From: a bacterium | Lineage (GTDB): Bacteria > Bacillota_I > Bacilli_A > RFN20 > CAG-826 | Assembly: GCA_963633165.1 (NCBI GenBank) | Contig: CAVGXP010000038.1 | Coordinates: 56,290-120,289 of the forward strand | DNA: 64,000 nt | Reading direction: 5' to 3' | Part shown: positions 37,380 to 46,719 of the stretch, piece by piece | How the letters are laid out: each line of letters opens with the position of its first letter | Position numbering within the stretch: the first letter of the stretch is position 1 | Position numbers and translations under genes: made by a program | The notes under the pieces: generated by a model | Databases searched by the model: none | What the model saw: only the letters and a program-made list of their open reading frames with translations | Told to the model about the DNA's origin: nothing

Positions 37380-38836
37380 TTCTTTTCTCCTTGGCAGCAG
37401 CAATGCCCTTCCTCATCATCGCAGCATTCGCCTTCGTGATGATCGTGATGCCCGCAGCAGCAATGGTCATGCTCTTCTGGGTGTTCGTTATGCTCCTGAC
37501 AGCAGCAATGCCCCTCTTCGTGGTCATGGCCGCAGCAGCAGGAATCCTCATGCTCCAATTTTCTGAATTCTTCGTCGAGGACGGCCTCTAAATCTTCGAT
37601 GGCGACTTCTTTCTGCTCCTGTGTGGCGACGTTTTTAAGCTGCACGACGCCTTTTTCGATGTCGTCTTGTCCTAGAATCAAAGCGAATTTGGCGTTGGCC
37701 CTGACGGCTTTCTTGAACATGGTTCCAAGTTTGCCTTTTGCAAAGGGCATCTCCACGGAATAGCCGCCGTGACGGAGGGATTGGGTCAAGGAATAGCAAT
37801 CGTCGAGGACTTCTTCCCCTATCGGCATGACATAGAGATCGACGCCGTGGCTTAAGGAAGAGAGCAACCCGTTGTCTTTCATCAATGAATACAGACGCTC
37901 AACGCCCATGGCGAAGCCCACGCCCGAATCGTTTTCCTTGGGGCCATTGAAGTTAGCCATCATGCCGTCGTAATGGCCTCCGCCAAGCAAGGCGCCATAA
38001 TCTTTGCCTTCTTTGGACGTGGCGTGGACCTCGAAGACGACCTCGCCGTAATAATCGAGGCCTCTGACGAGGGAATCGTCGATTTCATAATCGATTTCCT
38101 GATCGGCGATGATGGAAAGGGTTTGGTAGAAGCGTTTGCTGGATTCCTCGGAAAGGAAATCTTTCATCTTCGGGGCGTCTTTGACGATTTCCTGATCTTC
38201 GGGGACTTTGCAATCGAGGATGCGCATGGGGTTGAGGAGCAAGCGCTGCTTGCAATCCTCGCACATCGTGTCGATGCGGGTAGCGAAATATTTCTTCAAC
38301 GCCTCTTTGTAGGCATCCCTGGATTGCTGATCGCCCAAGGTGTTGATCTTGACCTTGAGGTTCTCGAACCCGAGATAGCTTAAAACGTCCATGGCAAGGC
38401 AGATGTTTTCGGCATCGAGCCTGGCGCTATTGACCCCCACGGCTTCAACGCCGGCTTGGATGAATTGGCGGTATCGGCCAAGTTGAGGCCTTTCATAACG
38501 GAAAACAGGTCCGACGTAATAGCATTTCAATGGGAGATCGCCGGTGGCGTAGAGCTTGTGCTCGACAATGGAGCGGATGACCCCGGCCGTGCCTTCGGGG
38601 CGGAGGGTCAAGGACCGTTCGCCTTTATCGAGGAAAGTGTACATCTCCTTCCTGACGACGTCGCTGCTTTCCCCCGTCGAACGATCGAAGACTTCGGTGT
38701 ATTCGAGCACCGGCGTCTCGATTTTGCGATATCCGTAAAGCTCGGCGACCGCGGAGAAAACGTTCTGAATGTAAGTGTAGGCTTCCGCCTCCTCGCCATA
38801 GAGGTCGTGCGTGCCTTTGATGCCTTGGAAAACCAT
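37376..38836 (-). CDS. hisS: Histidine--tRNA ligase with an unusual Cys/His-rich C-terminal extension
   Basis: HisRS motifs (RYERPQLGRYRQFIQAGVEAVG; GGGHYDGMM) over about 425 aa. A 60-aa tail follows: HEDSCCCGHDHEEGHCCCQEHNEHPEEHDHCCCGHHDHHEGECCDDEEGHCCCQGEKK. Confidence 0.9.
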   Translation of the reverse strand: MVFQGIKGTHDLYGEEAEAYTYIQNVFSAVAELYGYRKIETPVLEYTEVFDRSTGESSDVVRKEMYTFLDKGERSLTLRPEGTAGVIRSIVEHKLYATGDLPLKCYYVGPVFRYERPQLGRYRQFIQAGVEAVGVNSARLDAENICLAMDVLSYLGFENLKVKINTLGDQQSRDAYKEALKKYFATRIDTMCEDCKQRLLLNPMRILDCKVPEDQEIVKDAPKMKDFLSEESSKRFYQTLSIIADQEIDYEIDDSLVRGLDYYGEVVFEVHATSKEGKDYGALLGGGHYDGMMANFNGPKENDSGVGFAMGVERLYSLMKDNGLLSSLSHGVDLYVMPIGEEVLDDCYSLTQSLRHGGYSVEMPFAKGKLGTMFKKAVRANAKFALILGQDDIEKGVVQLKNVATQEQKEVAIEDLEAVLDEEFRKLEHEDSCCCGHDHEEGHCCCQEHNEHPEEHDHCCCGHHDHHEGECCDDEEGHCCCQGEKK

Positions 38837-38866
38837 GTTAAAAAACTCCTATTTTGCAACGTTGCT

Positions 38867-38895
38867 AGTATAAGCCCCTTAAGGGGCTACTTCAA
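38867..38895 (-). promoter_or_regulatory. Candidate sigmaA promoter of hisS-aspS with a GC palindrome in the spacer
   Basis: Minus-strand sense TTGAAG-17 bp-TATACT. The spacer is tAGCCCCTTAAGGGGCTt (a 16-bp palindrome). A ~31-nt leader with an AGGAG RBS leaves no room for a T-box. Confidence 0.45.
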
Positions 38896-38920
38896 AGGAA
38901 ATGGGACGACGATCGTCTGC

Positions 38921-41158
38921 TCAATGCGTCAAGCGGTTGACGGCAAAGACGCTTTTTACGCCAATAAGCGCCACGAAGAGATCTTCAAGGGCTTTTGCAG
39001 ATTTGACGTTGATGGTCAAATTGATGACGTCGTTCATCGTCTCGGTGACCAAATGAATCTTCAAATCGGAGACGAGAATGCTTTTGGCGGAGATTGTCTG
39101 CAGGATATCCGCGGCCAAGCCTTGTCGGTCGTTGGCGATGACTTCGATATCGACGGGGTAAGAGGCCGTCGGATCGAGGTCTTCTCTCCACTGCAAAGGA
39201 ATTAGACGCGCTTTTTCCTTAGCGATATTGGGGCAATCCTTGCGGTGAACCGTGATGCCTTTGCCGCGGGTGATGTAGCCTACGATTTCATCTCCGGGGA
39301 TCGGCGTGCAGCATTGGCTTATCGTGACGGCCAAGCCCGTGATTCCGCCAGGGACCTCGACGGGGCAATTGGAGGAAATCTCTTTTTGGGTCTTTTTCTT
39401 AGAGAGTTTTGGAGCGAGCTTCTTCTTGACATGGAGGAACTCCAAAACCGCGCCTGGAGCGGGGTTTCTGGAGCAAAGCATGACGAAAAGATCGTCGATG
39501 GACTCGCAATGGAATTCGTTTTCGAGCTTGGGGAAGGAGTCGTTGAGGATCTTCATCGCCTCTTCTTCCTCAAATCCCTGCATCTTGAAGGAATCCATCA
39601 TCGAAGTGCGGCCTTGCTTTATCTTCTCCTCCTTCATGATGGAGGCGTCTTTTTTCTGCAAGGCGCGGCGGATATGGGCTTTGGCGGAGGACGTTTTGGC
39701 GATGTCTAGCCAAGAAGTGTTGGGCCCGGAGGCGTTGGGGGAGGTTTTTATTTCGCAGATGTCGCCGGTTTTTAGCTCGGTTGATAATGGCACGAGGGCG
39801 CCGTTGACGAGGGCCCCCACCGCCGCATCGCCGACCTTGGTGTGAATCCTATAGGCAAAATCAAGCGTGGTCGACCCCGTGGGGAGCTCGATGACCCTGC
39901 CAAGGGGGGTGAAAACATAGACGTTGGCCCCGAAGATATCGTGGGTGAGCGTCTCCATGTATTCCTTGGCCGTCCCTTTTTCTTGGCCGGAGAGGCTGAC
40001 GAAATCGCGGAACCAATGGAGCTGATTCTCGATTTCCTTTTGTTCTTCCTTTGGGTTGTAATGGCTGCCTTCTTTGTATTTCCAATGGGCGGCGACGCCG
40101 GTTTCGGCGATTTGATCCATCTCCTCGGTGCGGATTTGGATCTCGTATACGCTGCCATCACCAGCCATGACCGAGGTATGCAGAGATTGGTACATGTTGG
40201 GCTTTGGCATGGCGATGTAATCTTTGAACCTGCCGGGGATGGGCGCATAGGTGGTATGGATCATCCCAAGGATTTCGTAGCAATTGACCGTTGTCTTCGT
40301 GATGACACGAATGGCAAGGATATCGAATATCTCATCGAAGGAATGTCCTTTTTTGTACATCTTCTTATATATCGAATAGATGGATTTGACGCGGCTTTCC
40401 ATCCTAAAGGGGATGCCATGTTCGTAGAGCTGATCGGCGATGCGCTTTTTGAACTGCTCAAGGGCGTCTTTGCGGTTCTCGAATCTCTCATCCACCATCG
40501 CTTTGATCTTTGCGTAAATCTCAGGCTCAAGGTATTTAAGAGACAGGTCCTCAAGCTCGCTTTGGACGGTGTAGATACCAAGTCGGTGGGCGATCGGGGT
40601 AAAGACCTCAAGGGTTTCTTTGGCCAAGGCGTGTTGCCTATCCGGGGACAAAGACTGGAGGGTGCGCATGTTGTGAAGCCTATCCGCGAGCTTGACGATG
40701 ATGACCCTGACGTCATTTGCCATGCCTAGGAAAATCTTTCTATGATCCTCGGCTTCGAAGTCCTCCTTGGACATATGGGAGAGCTTCATGCGCTGAATTT
40801 TCGTTAAGGAATCGACGATTAGGCGCACATCGGCCCCGAAACGGGTTTCGATTTCCTGAATTGGGGTGTCGGTGTCTTCCACCACATCATGAAGGAAAGC
40901 CGAGGCGATCGTGGCCGGTCCAGCTTGTAATTTCGCGCAGATATAGGCCACTTCCAAAGGATGGTGGATATAAGGCTCGCCGGATTTGCGGAATTGATTC
41001 TTGTGCTTTTCGGCGGCGAAATCATAAGCGCTTTGAATGAGCTTTTGATCATCGGGGTTGCTGATATAGGTCGACAAAAGGGCCTTCAGGTCCTCAAAGC
41101 TATGCATCGGGTATCCCCCATTTGGGGGCAATGGTTTGTTCTCTTGGCTTTTTTCCAT
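38921..41158 (-). CDS. relA: Bifunctional (p)ppGpp synthetase/hydrolase Rel (RelA/SpoT)
   Basis: HD hydrolase (HPLEVAYI..HDVVEDT), synthetase (MYQSLHTSVMAGDGSVYEIQIRTEEMD), TGS and ACT domains; 745 aa. Confidence 0.95.
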   Translation of the reverse strand: MEKSQENKPLPPNGGYPMHSFEDLKALLSTYISNPDDQKLIQSAYDFAAEKHKNQFRKSGEPYIHHPLEVAYICAKLQAGPATIASAFLHDVVEDTDTPIQEIETRFGADVRLIVDSLTKIQRMKLSHMSKEDFEAEDHRKIFLGMANDVRVIIVKLADRLHNMRTLQSLSPDRQHALAKETLEVFTPIAHRLGIYTVQSELEDLSLKYLEPEIYAKIKAMVDERFENRKDALEQFKKRIADQLYEHGIPFRMESRVKSIYSIYKKMYKKGHSFDEIFDILAIRVITKTTVNCYEILGMIHTTYAPIPGRFKDYIAMPKPNMYQSLHTSVMAGDGSVYEIQIRTEEMDQIAETGVAAHWKYKEGSHYNPKEEQKEIENQLHWFRDFVSLSGQEKGTAKEYMETLTHDIFGANVYVFTPLGRVIELPTGSTTLDFAYRIHTKVGDAAVGALVNGALVPLSTELKTGDICEIKTSPNASGPNTSWLDIAKTSSAKAHIRRALQKKDASIMKEEKIKQGRTSMMDSFKMQGFEEEEAMKILNDSFPKLENEFHCESIDDLFVMLCSRNPAPGAVLEFLHVKKKLAPKLSKKKTQKEISSNCPVEVPGGITGLAVTISQCCTPIPGDEIVGYITRGKGITVHRKDCPNIAKEKARLIPLQWREDLDPTASYPVDIEVIANDRQGLAADILQTISAKSILVSDLKIHLVTETMNDVINLTINVKSAKALEDLFVALIGVKSVFAVNRLTH

Positions 41159-41179
41159 GGGGTAAGTATAGACCGAGTT

Positions 41180-42757
41180 TCATCCTTTTCTAGGAAAACA
41201 GGAAGCAAGAAGACGAAGGGAAGTCGCGCCTTTGTATTCGTCGAGTTCGAATTTCACGCATAAAGAAGTCTTCTCGGAATCTAGGAAATCCTTCTTCCCA
41301 AGCTCAAACGAGCAAAGCTTGACGCCTTTGCCTAAAGGGGTGAGGAGGTATTTGCCGTCTTTAGAGTAAACAAAGCCATCGACATCAAGCCCGCTTAAAC
41401 AGAAAATGGGCTCTGGATGGCCTTCTCCAAAAGGAGCGAAAGCGCGGATTATGCGATAAGAATCCATGTTGGCTTCGCTTAAAGAGAGCGGGATCATCGT
41501 GGGTGGCTCCTCTAGAAAAGGGTGGGTGGCGCAATAAGAGAGGTAGAATTTCTTGAATGAGGGGAAGTCCTCTGCTTTGATGGTCAATCCGCCAGAGCAA
41601 TCGTGGCCTCCATAAGTTAAAGCGTATCCTTTGGCTTTATCGAAGAAATCGATTAAAGAGAAACCCTTCTCGCTGCGCAAAGAACCTACGAGTATGCTCG
41701 GGTCGCCGTGCTTTGGTGAGAATACGGCGGAAGGAACATGATGGGCTTTCATGATTTTGTTGGCCAATAGGCCGTTCAAGCCCTCTTTGATGTTTAGATT
41801 AAGGATGACTCCGCTGCTTCCTTCCACAAATGAAATGTCGGAAGAAACGTGCTTCAAAAGAGATTTCCGTTCCTCATTCACCCTCTTCATCCAACTTGAA
41901 ATCGCTAATCTTGAGTTAGGATCGCGCAAAGCAAAATAATCCACCGCTTTCATGGTCTGATGGCCTTCCATCATCCTGCCAAGGGCGTTGATGATGGGGA
42001 TGATTTCCATTTTCAGGACTTTCTCGTCGATGTGGGATTTACTCGTAAGATAGCAAATTTCCTCGATGGGGCTTTGCCTCATTACCCGAAAACTCAATCT
42101 GACGATCTCGCGGTTGATCGAAGACAAAGGCATCATGTCTGAAAGGGTAGTAATCGCGGCTAGGGTCAGCAAATAGTTGTCCACGCGGCCAAGCAAGGCA
42201 ATAGAGAACAAAAAGCAGACGAATCCGGCGGAGATGTTGAAACCCGCTTTCTGCCCAATGCCTAAGGTGATTGGGTGAATAAGAGAAAGGCAAGGCGGGT
42301 AAGGCTCATTCAATTCATGATGGTCCAGAATCAAAGTATCGATGCCGTTTGAGAGAAGATAAGCCACCGCTTCAAAGCATGAGACTCCGTTATCGACGCA
42401 GATGAGGAGCGTATAGCCTTTTTCTTTGATCTTCTTCGCGTTTTCAAGCGTCAAGCCATACCCATCAAGATAACGGCTGGGGATGAAATATTTCGCCTCG
42501 ATGCCGTATTCCAATAGACAACGAGTCAAAATCGACGTCCCTAAAATCCCATCCGCATCGTAATCCCCATAGATGAGAACTTTTTCTTTATTTTGTTTGG
42601 CTTTTTCAAGGCGCGTCCTCGCCTTTAAAAAAGCGGGATCGCTAGAAATATCCGGGAAACAGGAAAAGGAGGGTTCCTCGCTGTTACGCGAGAACTCCTC
42701 CTCTGTCCAGGAATAATATTTCTTAAGTCTTTCTTTCAGGCTTTCCATCTCAATCAA
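41180..42757 (-). CDS. recJ: Single-stranded-DNA-specific exonuclease RecJ
   Basis: DHH motifs (VLIYGDYDADGI, LICVDNGV, DHH) and DHHA1; 525 aa. Overlaps the secDF stop. Confidence 0.85.
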   Translation of the reverse strand: MIEMESLKERLKKYYSWTEEEFSRNSEEPSFSCFPDISSDPAFLKARTRLEKAKQNKEKVLIYGDYDADGILGTSILTRCLLEYGIEAKYFIPSRYLDGYGLTLENAKKIKEKGYTLLICVDNGVSCFEAVAYLLSNGIDTLILDHHELNEPYPPCLSLIHPITLGIGQKAGFNISAGFVCFLFSIALLGRVDNYLLTLAAITTLSDMMPLSSINREIVRLSFRVMRQSPIEEICYLTSKSHIDEKVLKMEIIPIINALGRMMEGHQTMKAVDYFALRDPNSRLAISSWMKRVNEERKSLLKHVSSDISFVEGSSGVILNLNIKEGLNGLLANKIMKAHHVPSAVFSPKHGDPSILVGSLRSEKGFSLIDFFDKAKGYALTYGGHDCSGGLTIKAEDFPSFKKFYLSYCATHPFLEEPPTMIPLSLSEANMDSYRIIRAFAPFGEGHPEPIFCLSGLDVDGFVYSKDGKYLLTPLGKGVKLCSFELGKKDFLDSEKTSLCVKFELDEYKGATSLRLLASCFPRKG

Positions 42758-45624
42758 TAATCGTTGATGCCGATGAAAGTGGCTTCCTCAGGCTCGCCGC
42801 CCTTCTTCTTGGGGAGATTGCCTTTCTTGGCCTTTCTCCGTTTCAGCGGCTTGATGGTGATTTTGGAGAAGAGCTTCGCCCAAACGTAGGCAAACGGCGC
42901 CATCAAGGAGAGATCGAAGGCGGAGAGGAAGGCTAACCCCATCACCATGGCGAGGTAGATCATCATGAAGGTCCTAGGCCCAAAGCCGAAGAAGGCGATG
43001 GCCCCATAGGCCGAAATCATGACAAGGAGCAAGAACGACCCGGCGGAGCGGGAAACGCCCTGTTTGAGGCATTCGTAGCGGAAATCGACGGTGTTCTTCT
43101 CTTTCTCCCTGCTTTCCTTGTAGATTTCTTTCTCTTTGTTGAAAGCGAATAAAGCGAAGATCAAGGCTAGCAAGGACCCGGCAAGGCAGCCGAGGGTCAC
43201 AAGCGGAGTGACCGAAATCCGGGTGAAGACGAAGAAGGCGATGGAGCAATATCCGACAGTGGCCGCGCCCAAGGTGGCGGAAATGCCTCTGCTAGGACGG
43301 AAGCGGACGCTTAGGTAGACCAAGTCAACCGCAAGAGCGACACCTAAGGCTAGACAAAGCTTGTCGATGTAAGGCTGGCCAAGCTCAGGGGTGACCGTGG
43401 CGAAGCGGACGGAAAGGTTGCTGTCATCAGACCCCGGGACGAAGACCGAGGTGAGGTAATCGGTCAAAGCCTCATCAAGGCTGTTGCTGGAAGCATTCAC
43501 GAAGGAATCGCCGCTAAGAACCTTGATTTCGTGGCTTGAATCGACGTCGTTCTCAAGGTATTTGTTGAGTTTGATCGAATAGTAGAACCAATAATAGGTC
43601 GTCTCGGAATTGGAATCGTAGACGGTCAAAGGCGTTTCGGAGAGAGAAATATCGGATGTCGAGGTCATGGAAGCAAGGCTCTTACCATCGATTTGCACGC
43701 GGTGGAAGAGATCCTCTCCTCCTTCCTCTGGGCTATAGATGTCCTCAATCGAGGAGATCCTAGACAAGGAGATCATGTCCGACTGAGTGGAGCGCACATC
43801 AATGCGAAGGACGGTGGAATTCTGCGTGTAGGCGGAGGTGTTGTAGACATTGCCTCCGTTTTGGATGCCGAAGGCAATCATGCTTCCGATACCCGCAAGC
43901 ACCACCGCGCCGAGGATTCCCGCGGTCCATTTACGGCTCTTGGTGAAGTCTTTTTTCTCATAAGGCCCGAAATAGGTCTGCTTTTCTTCCTTAAGAAGAT
44001 CAGGGATTTTCTTCGAATCGATGCCCAAGCGCTTGGGATAAGAACTTTGCAAGGTGGAATCGTTGCAGAATAGCCAAGCCCCGATGCGGGTGAGAATGAG
44101 GTTGCTAGCCAATGCAAAGACCGCGCCAAGGACGAGCATCGTGCCGAATTTGGAGGCAAGTTCACCGCCGAAGATATAGACGAACACGCCAAGGACGGCC
44201 GAGACGATGCTGGCGTCGATGATTGGCCAAGTGGATTTCTTCGCGGCTTCCTGATTGGCCTTCTTCAAGGTGCGACCTTTGTAGATCTCATCCTTCAAGG
44301 CCGCCCCATAATAAACGGAGCCGAAGCAAGACAAAATTGCGGTGACCAGTAAGCCAAGGCAGGCGGCGACGTTGAATTGGGCGCCGAAGCTCACGAACAA
44401 GGCGAAGGTGGAGAAGACGGTGGCGAAGACGGAAGCGATTTGGATAAGGGAGAAGCTTCTGTTGAACAAAGCAAGCACCACCACCATCAAGGCGATGGTG
44501 ACCAATGTCGCGATTAAGGTGCCGGAGAGAGCCGGAAAGACCGACCAAGCGGTATAGGCGTTGAGCGATTCAACGGTCGCCGGGGTATTTTCGCTATAGG
44601 TGAAATTGAGGGCGAAGCGATGCTTGGTGGATGTCCCGTCGCTGAAGCTCAATTCGCTAGCGTTAAACATGTTGCGAAGATATACCGCGGCGTCATAGGC
44701 CTCTTGGGCGTAGGAGGCGTCATATCCGCCATCGCTGGTGATGGCGGCGGAATTCGGGATCAAACGGAGATAGGGATTGTCCTTGTTCTCGTCGGAATCG
44801 TAATAATAGATGGCGTTGTCGCTAGAGACGTTTTCGACCGCGAGGATCTTTTTGGAAAGGTTGCGGTTGTTGCCGCCGCCAGAGGTCGAATCCTTATAGA
44901 GGTCGCCGTCGATGCGGTTGGCCCAAAGGACCAATTTGCAAGCGTCCCCGGTGGAGGCGGAGGAGGAAGAAGAATCGCTGTCATCGGAAGAATTGGCGTC
45001 GTTGGCGGCTTTTAGCAAATCGGTGAAATCGCTTTTGTAGGTATCGGGGATTTTCACCAAGACGACGGGGAAGTTGTACCCGTTGAGCTCGATGGACTGG
45101 ATGAAGGCCTCTTGGTCGTCGAGCATCTCCGCCCAAGAGTCTTTTTTGCTTTCCTCGGAGACCTTCTCGTCGGTGACGTCGAGTTCATAGTCCCCGCCGG
45201 AGAAAGAAAGGTAATTCTCGAGGTAAGTGTATTGCGTTTCGGTGGAGGTTTTGGTCCTGACGGATACGGCGATGGTGTCGTAACCTTGGACGGAAACCTC
45301 GTATTCGGAAAGATTCCAGATGTCGAGCCTGTCTTTGACGATGTTAGCGAGAGTGTGAATGGCGGGTTTGTTGTCGTTGTTGGGGTCGGTGGGCTGATCT
45401 TGGTCTAAGAAAGAGCCGGTTTCATTGCCATAATTCCCATTCGAGCTGGCCTCATCGTATTCGCTGGCTTTGAAATAAAGGGTTTTGCCATCGCTATAAG
45501 CGAGGTCGGCGTTCATTTTGGCGATAAAGGGGGCGGTTGCGCCCGCGACGCCGATTAAAGTCGCGGCGCTCAACAGCACATATCCTACATAACGTCTCAT
45601 TTTGTGACTCCTTAACGAAAGCAT
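42754..45624 (-). CDS. secDF: Protein translocase subunit SecDF (fused, enlarged)
   Basis: 956 aa with an N-terminal TM helix, a large first periplasmic domain containing a Ser/Asp-rich segment, a six-TM block, a second periplasmic domain and a second six-TM block (SecD and SecF halves). It sits upstream of recJ as in Bacilli. Confidence 0.75.
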   Translation of the reverse strand: MLSLRSHKMRRYVGYVLLSAATLIGVAGATAPFIAKMNADLAYSDGKTLYFKASEYDEASSNGNYGNETGSFLDQDQPTDPNNDNKPAIHTLANIVKDRLDIWNLSEYEVSVQGYDTIAVSVRTKTSTETQYTYLENYLSFSGGDYELDVTDEKVSEESKKDSWAEMLDDQEAFIQSIELNGYNFPVVLVKIPDTYKSDFTDLLKAANDANSSDDSDSSSSSASTGDACKLVLWANRIDGDLYKDSTSGGGNNRNLSKKILAVENVSSDNAIYYYDSDENKDNPYLRLIPNSAAITSDGGYDASYAQEAYDAAVYLRNMFNASELSFSDGTSTKHRFALNFTYSENTPATVESLNAYTAWSVFPALSGTLIATLVTIALMVVVLALFNRSFSLIQIASVFATVFSTFALFVSFGAQFNVAACLGLLVTAILSCFGSVYYGAALKDEIYKGRTLKKANQEAAKKSTWPIIDASIVSAVLGVFVYIFGGELASKFGTMLVLGAVFALASNLILTRIGAWLFCNDSTLQSSYPKRLGIDSKKIPDLLKEEKQTYFGPYEKKDFTKSRKWTAGILGAVVLAGIGSMIAFGIQNGGNVYNTSAYTQNSTVLRIDVRSTQSDMISLSRISSIEDIYSPEEGGEDLFHRVQIDGKSLASMTSTSDISLSETPLTVYDSNSETTYYWFYYSIKLNKYLENDVDSSHEIKVLSGDSFVNASSNSLDEALTDYLTSVFVPGSDDSNLSVRFATVTPELGQPYIDKLCLALGVALAVDLVYLSVRFRPSRGISATLGAATVGYCSIAFFVFTRISVTPLVTLGCLAGSLLALIFALFAFNKEKEIYKESREKEKNTVDFRYECLKQGVSRSAGSFLLLVMISAYGAIAFFGFGPRTFMMIYLAMVMGLAFLSAFDLSLMAPFAYVWAKLFSKITIKPLKRRKAKKGNLPKKKGGEPEEATFIGINDY

Positions 45625-45677
45625 CCCGAAAAATCAGGTGACGCGCTTTACTTTATACTCAACTCCCATCTTAGGCA

Positions 45678-45700
45678 ATAGAAAAGGCCCCATAGGGGCC
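45678..45700 (-). terminator. Rho-independent terminator after ruvB
   Basis: On the minus strand: GGCCCCTATGGGGCC followed by TTTTCTATT. Confidence 0.6.
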
Positions 45701-45713
45701 AATCCCAAAACTC

Positions 45714-46718
45714 TTAGAAAAGAGAGCTTTGATGGACTTTCTTAAGATGGGAATACGCCTTCTCGGTGGCGACCCTGCCCCTGGGGGTGCGGTTGACCAT
45801 TCCTATCATCACCAGATAGGGCTCGTATACGTCTTCGAGGTTGCCCGTTTCCTCCCCGATGCTAGAGGCAATCGATTCTAGCCCCACCGGGCCGCCATGG
45901 AAGCGGTCGATGATGGAGGAAAGGTAACGCAAATCGACCTCGTCGAGGCCTAGCTCATCGATTTTGAGGGCATCGAGGCTTTCCTGACACCTCGATGCGG
46001 AGATGGTGTCTTCTTGATGGAAGGAAGCGAAGTCGCGGATGCGCTTGAACAAACGATTGGCAATACGCGGGGTGCCCCTGCTTCTTTTTGCGATCATCGT
46101 GGCGGCTTCCTCGCTGATGGAGGTTTTGTAAACTTTCGATGTGCGTTTGATGATTTCCTTGATTTCCTCTTCGGTGTAGAAATCCAGTTTCATCGAGATT
46201 CCAAAGCGAGCCCTAAGAGGGGAAGAAAGGTCGCCAGAGCGCGTCGTGGCGCCCACTAATGTGAAAGGGGGCAAAGGCATGTTAAGAACCTTTGAAGTGC
46301 CGTTTTGGGGGATCAAAATGGACAATGTGAAATCCTCCATCGCCCCATAAAGGACCTCCTCCACCGCTCTGGGCAAACGATGGATCTCGTCGATGAAGAG
46401 GATGTCGCCTTCCTCTAACTCGGACAAAATCGCCGCCAAATCGCCAGGACGCTCAACTGAAGGGCCGTTGACGAGGCGTATTTTCCCTCCCATCTCGTGG
46501 GCGATGACGTAAGCAAGGGTCGTTTTGCCTAAACCCGGTGGCCCATAAAGCAAGACGTGGTCCAAGGGCTCCTGACGGTTTTTCGCCGCGCCCAAAAAAA
46601 CCTCAAGGTTCTTTTTGCTTTGGCTTTGGCCGATGTATTCGCTTAGCGATTCGGGGCGGAGGGAGAGTTCTTCGCTTTCCTCTTCGGGTTCTCGTCTCCC
46701 GTTTAATAGGCGTTCCAT
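45714..46718 (-). CDS. ruvB: Holliday junction branch-migration helicase RuvB
   Basis: AAA+ Walker A (LYGPPGLGKTTLA), Walker B (ILFIDEIHRL) and sensor motifs; 334 aa. Confidence 0.95.
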   Translation of the reverse strand: MERLLNGRREPEEESEELSLRPESLSEYIGQSQSKKNLEVFLGAAKNRQEPLDHVLLYGPPGLGKTTLAYVIAHEMGGKIRLVNGPSVERPGDLAAILSELEEGDILFIDEIHRLPRAVEEVLYGAMEDFTLSILIPQNGTSKVLNMPLPPFTLVGATTRSGDLSSPLRARFGISMKLDFYTEEEIKEIIKRTSKVYKTSISEEAATMIAKRSRGTPRIANRLFKRIRDFASFHQEDTISASRCQESLDALKIDELGLDEVDLRYLSSIIDRFHGGPVGLESIASSIGEETGNLEDVYEPYLVMIGMVNRTPRGRVATEKAYSHLKKVHQSSLF

Positions 46719-46719
46719 C

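Noticed and set aside
37357-37591. Two short overlapping ORFs (64 and 66 aa) rich in Ala/Met over the hisS 3' end
   Set aside because: They are created by the GCAGCAGCAATG-type repeat that encodes the Cys/His tail of HisRS on the minus strand. They are out-of-frame shadows, not genes.
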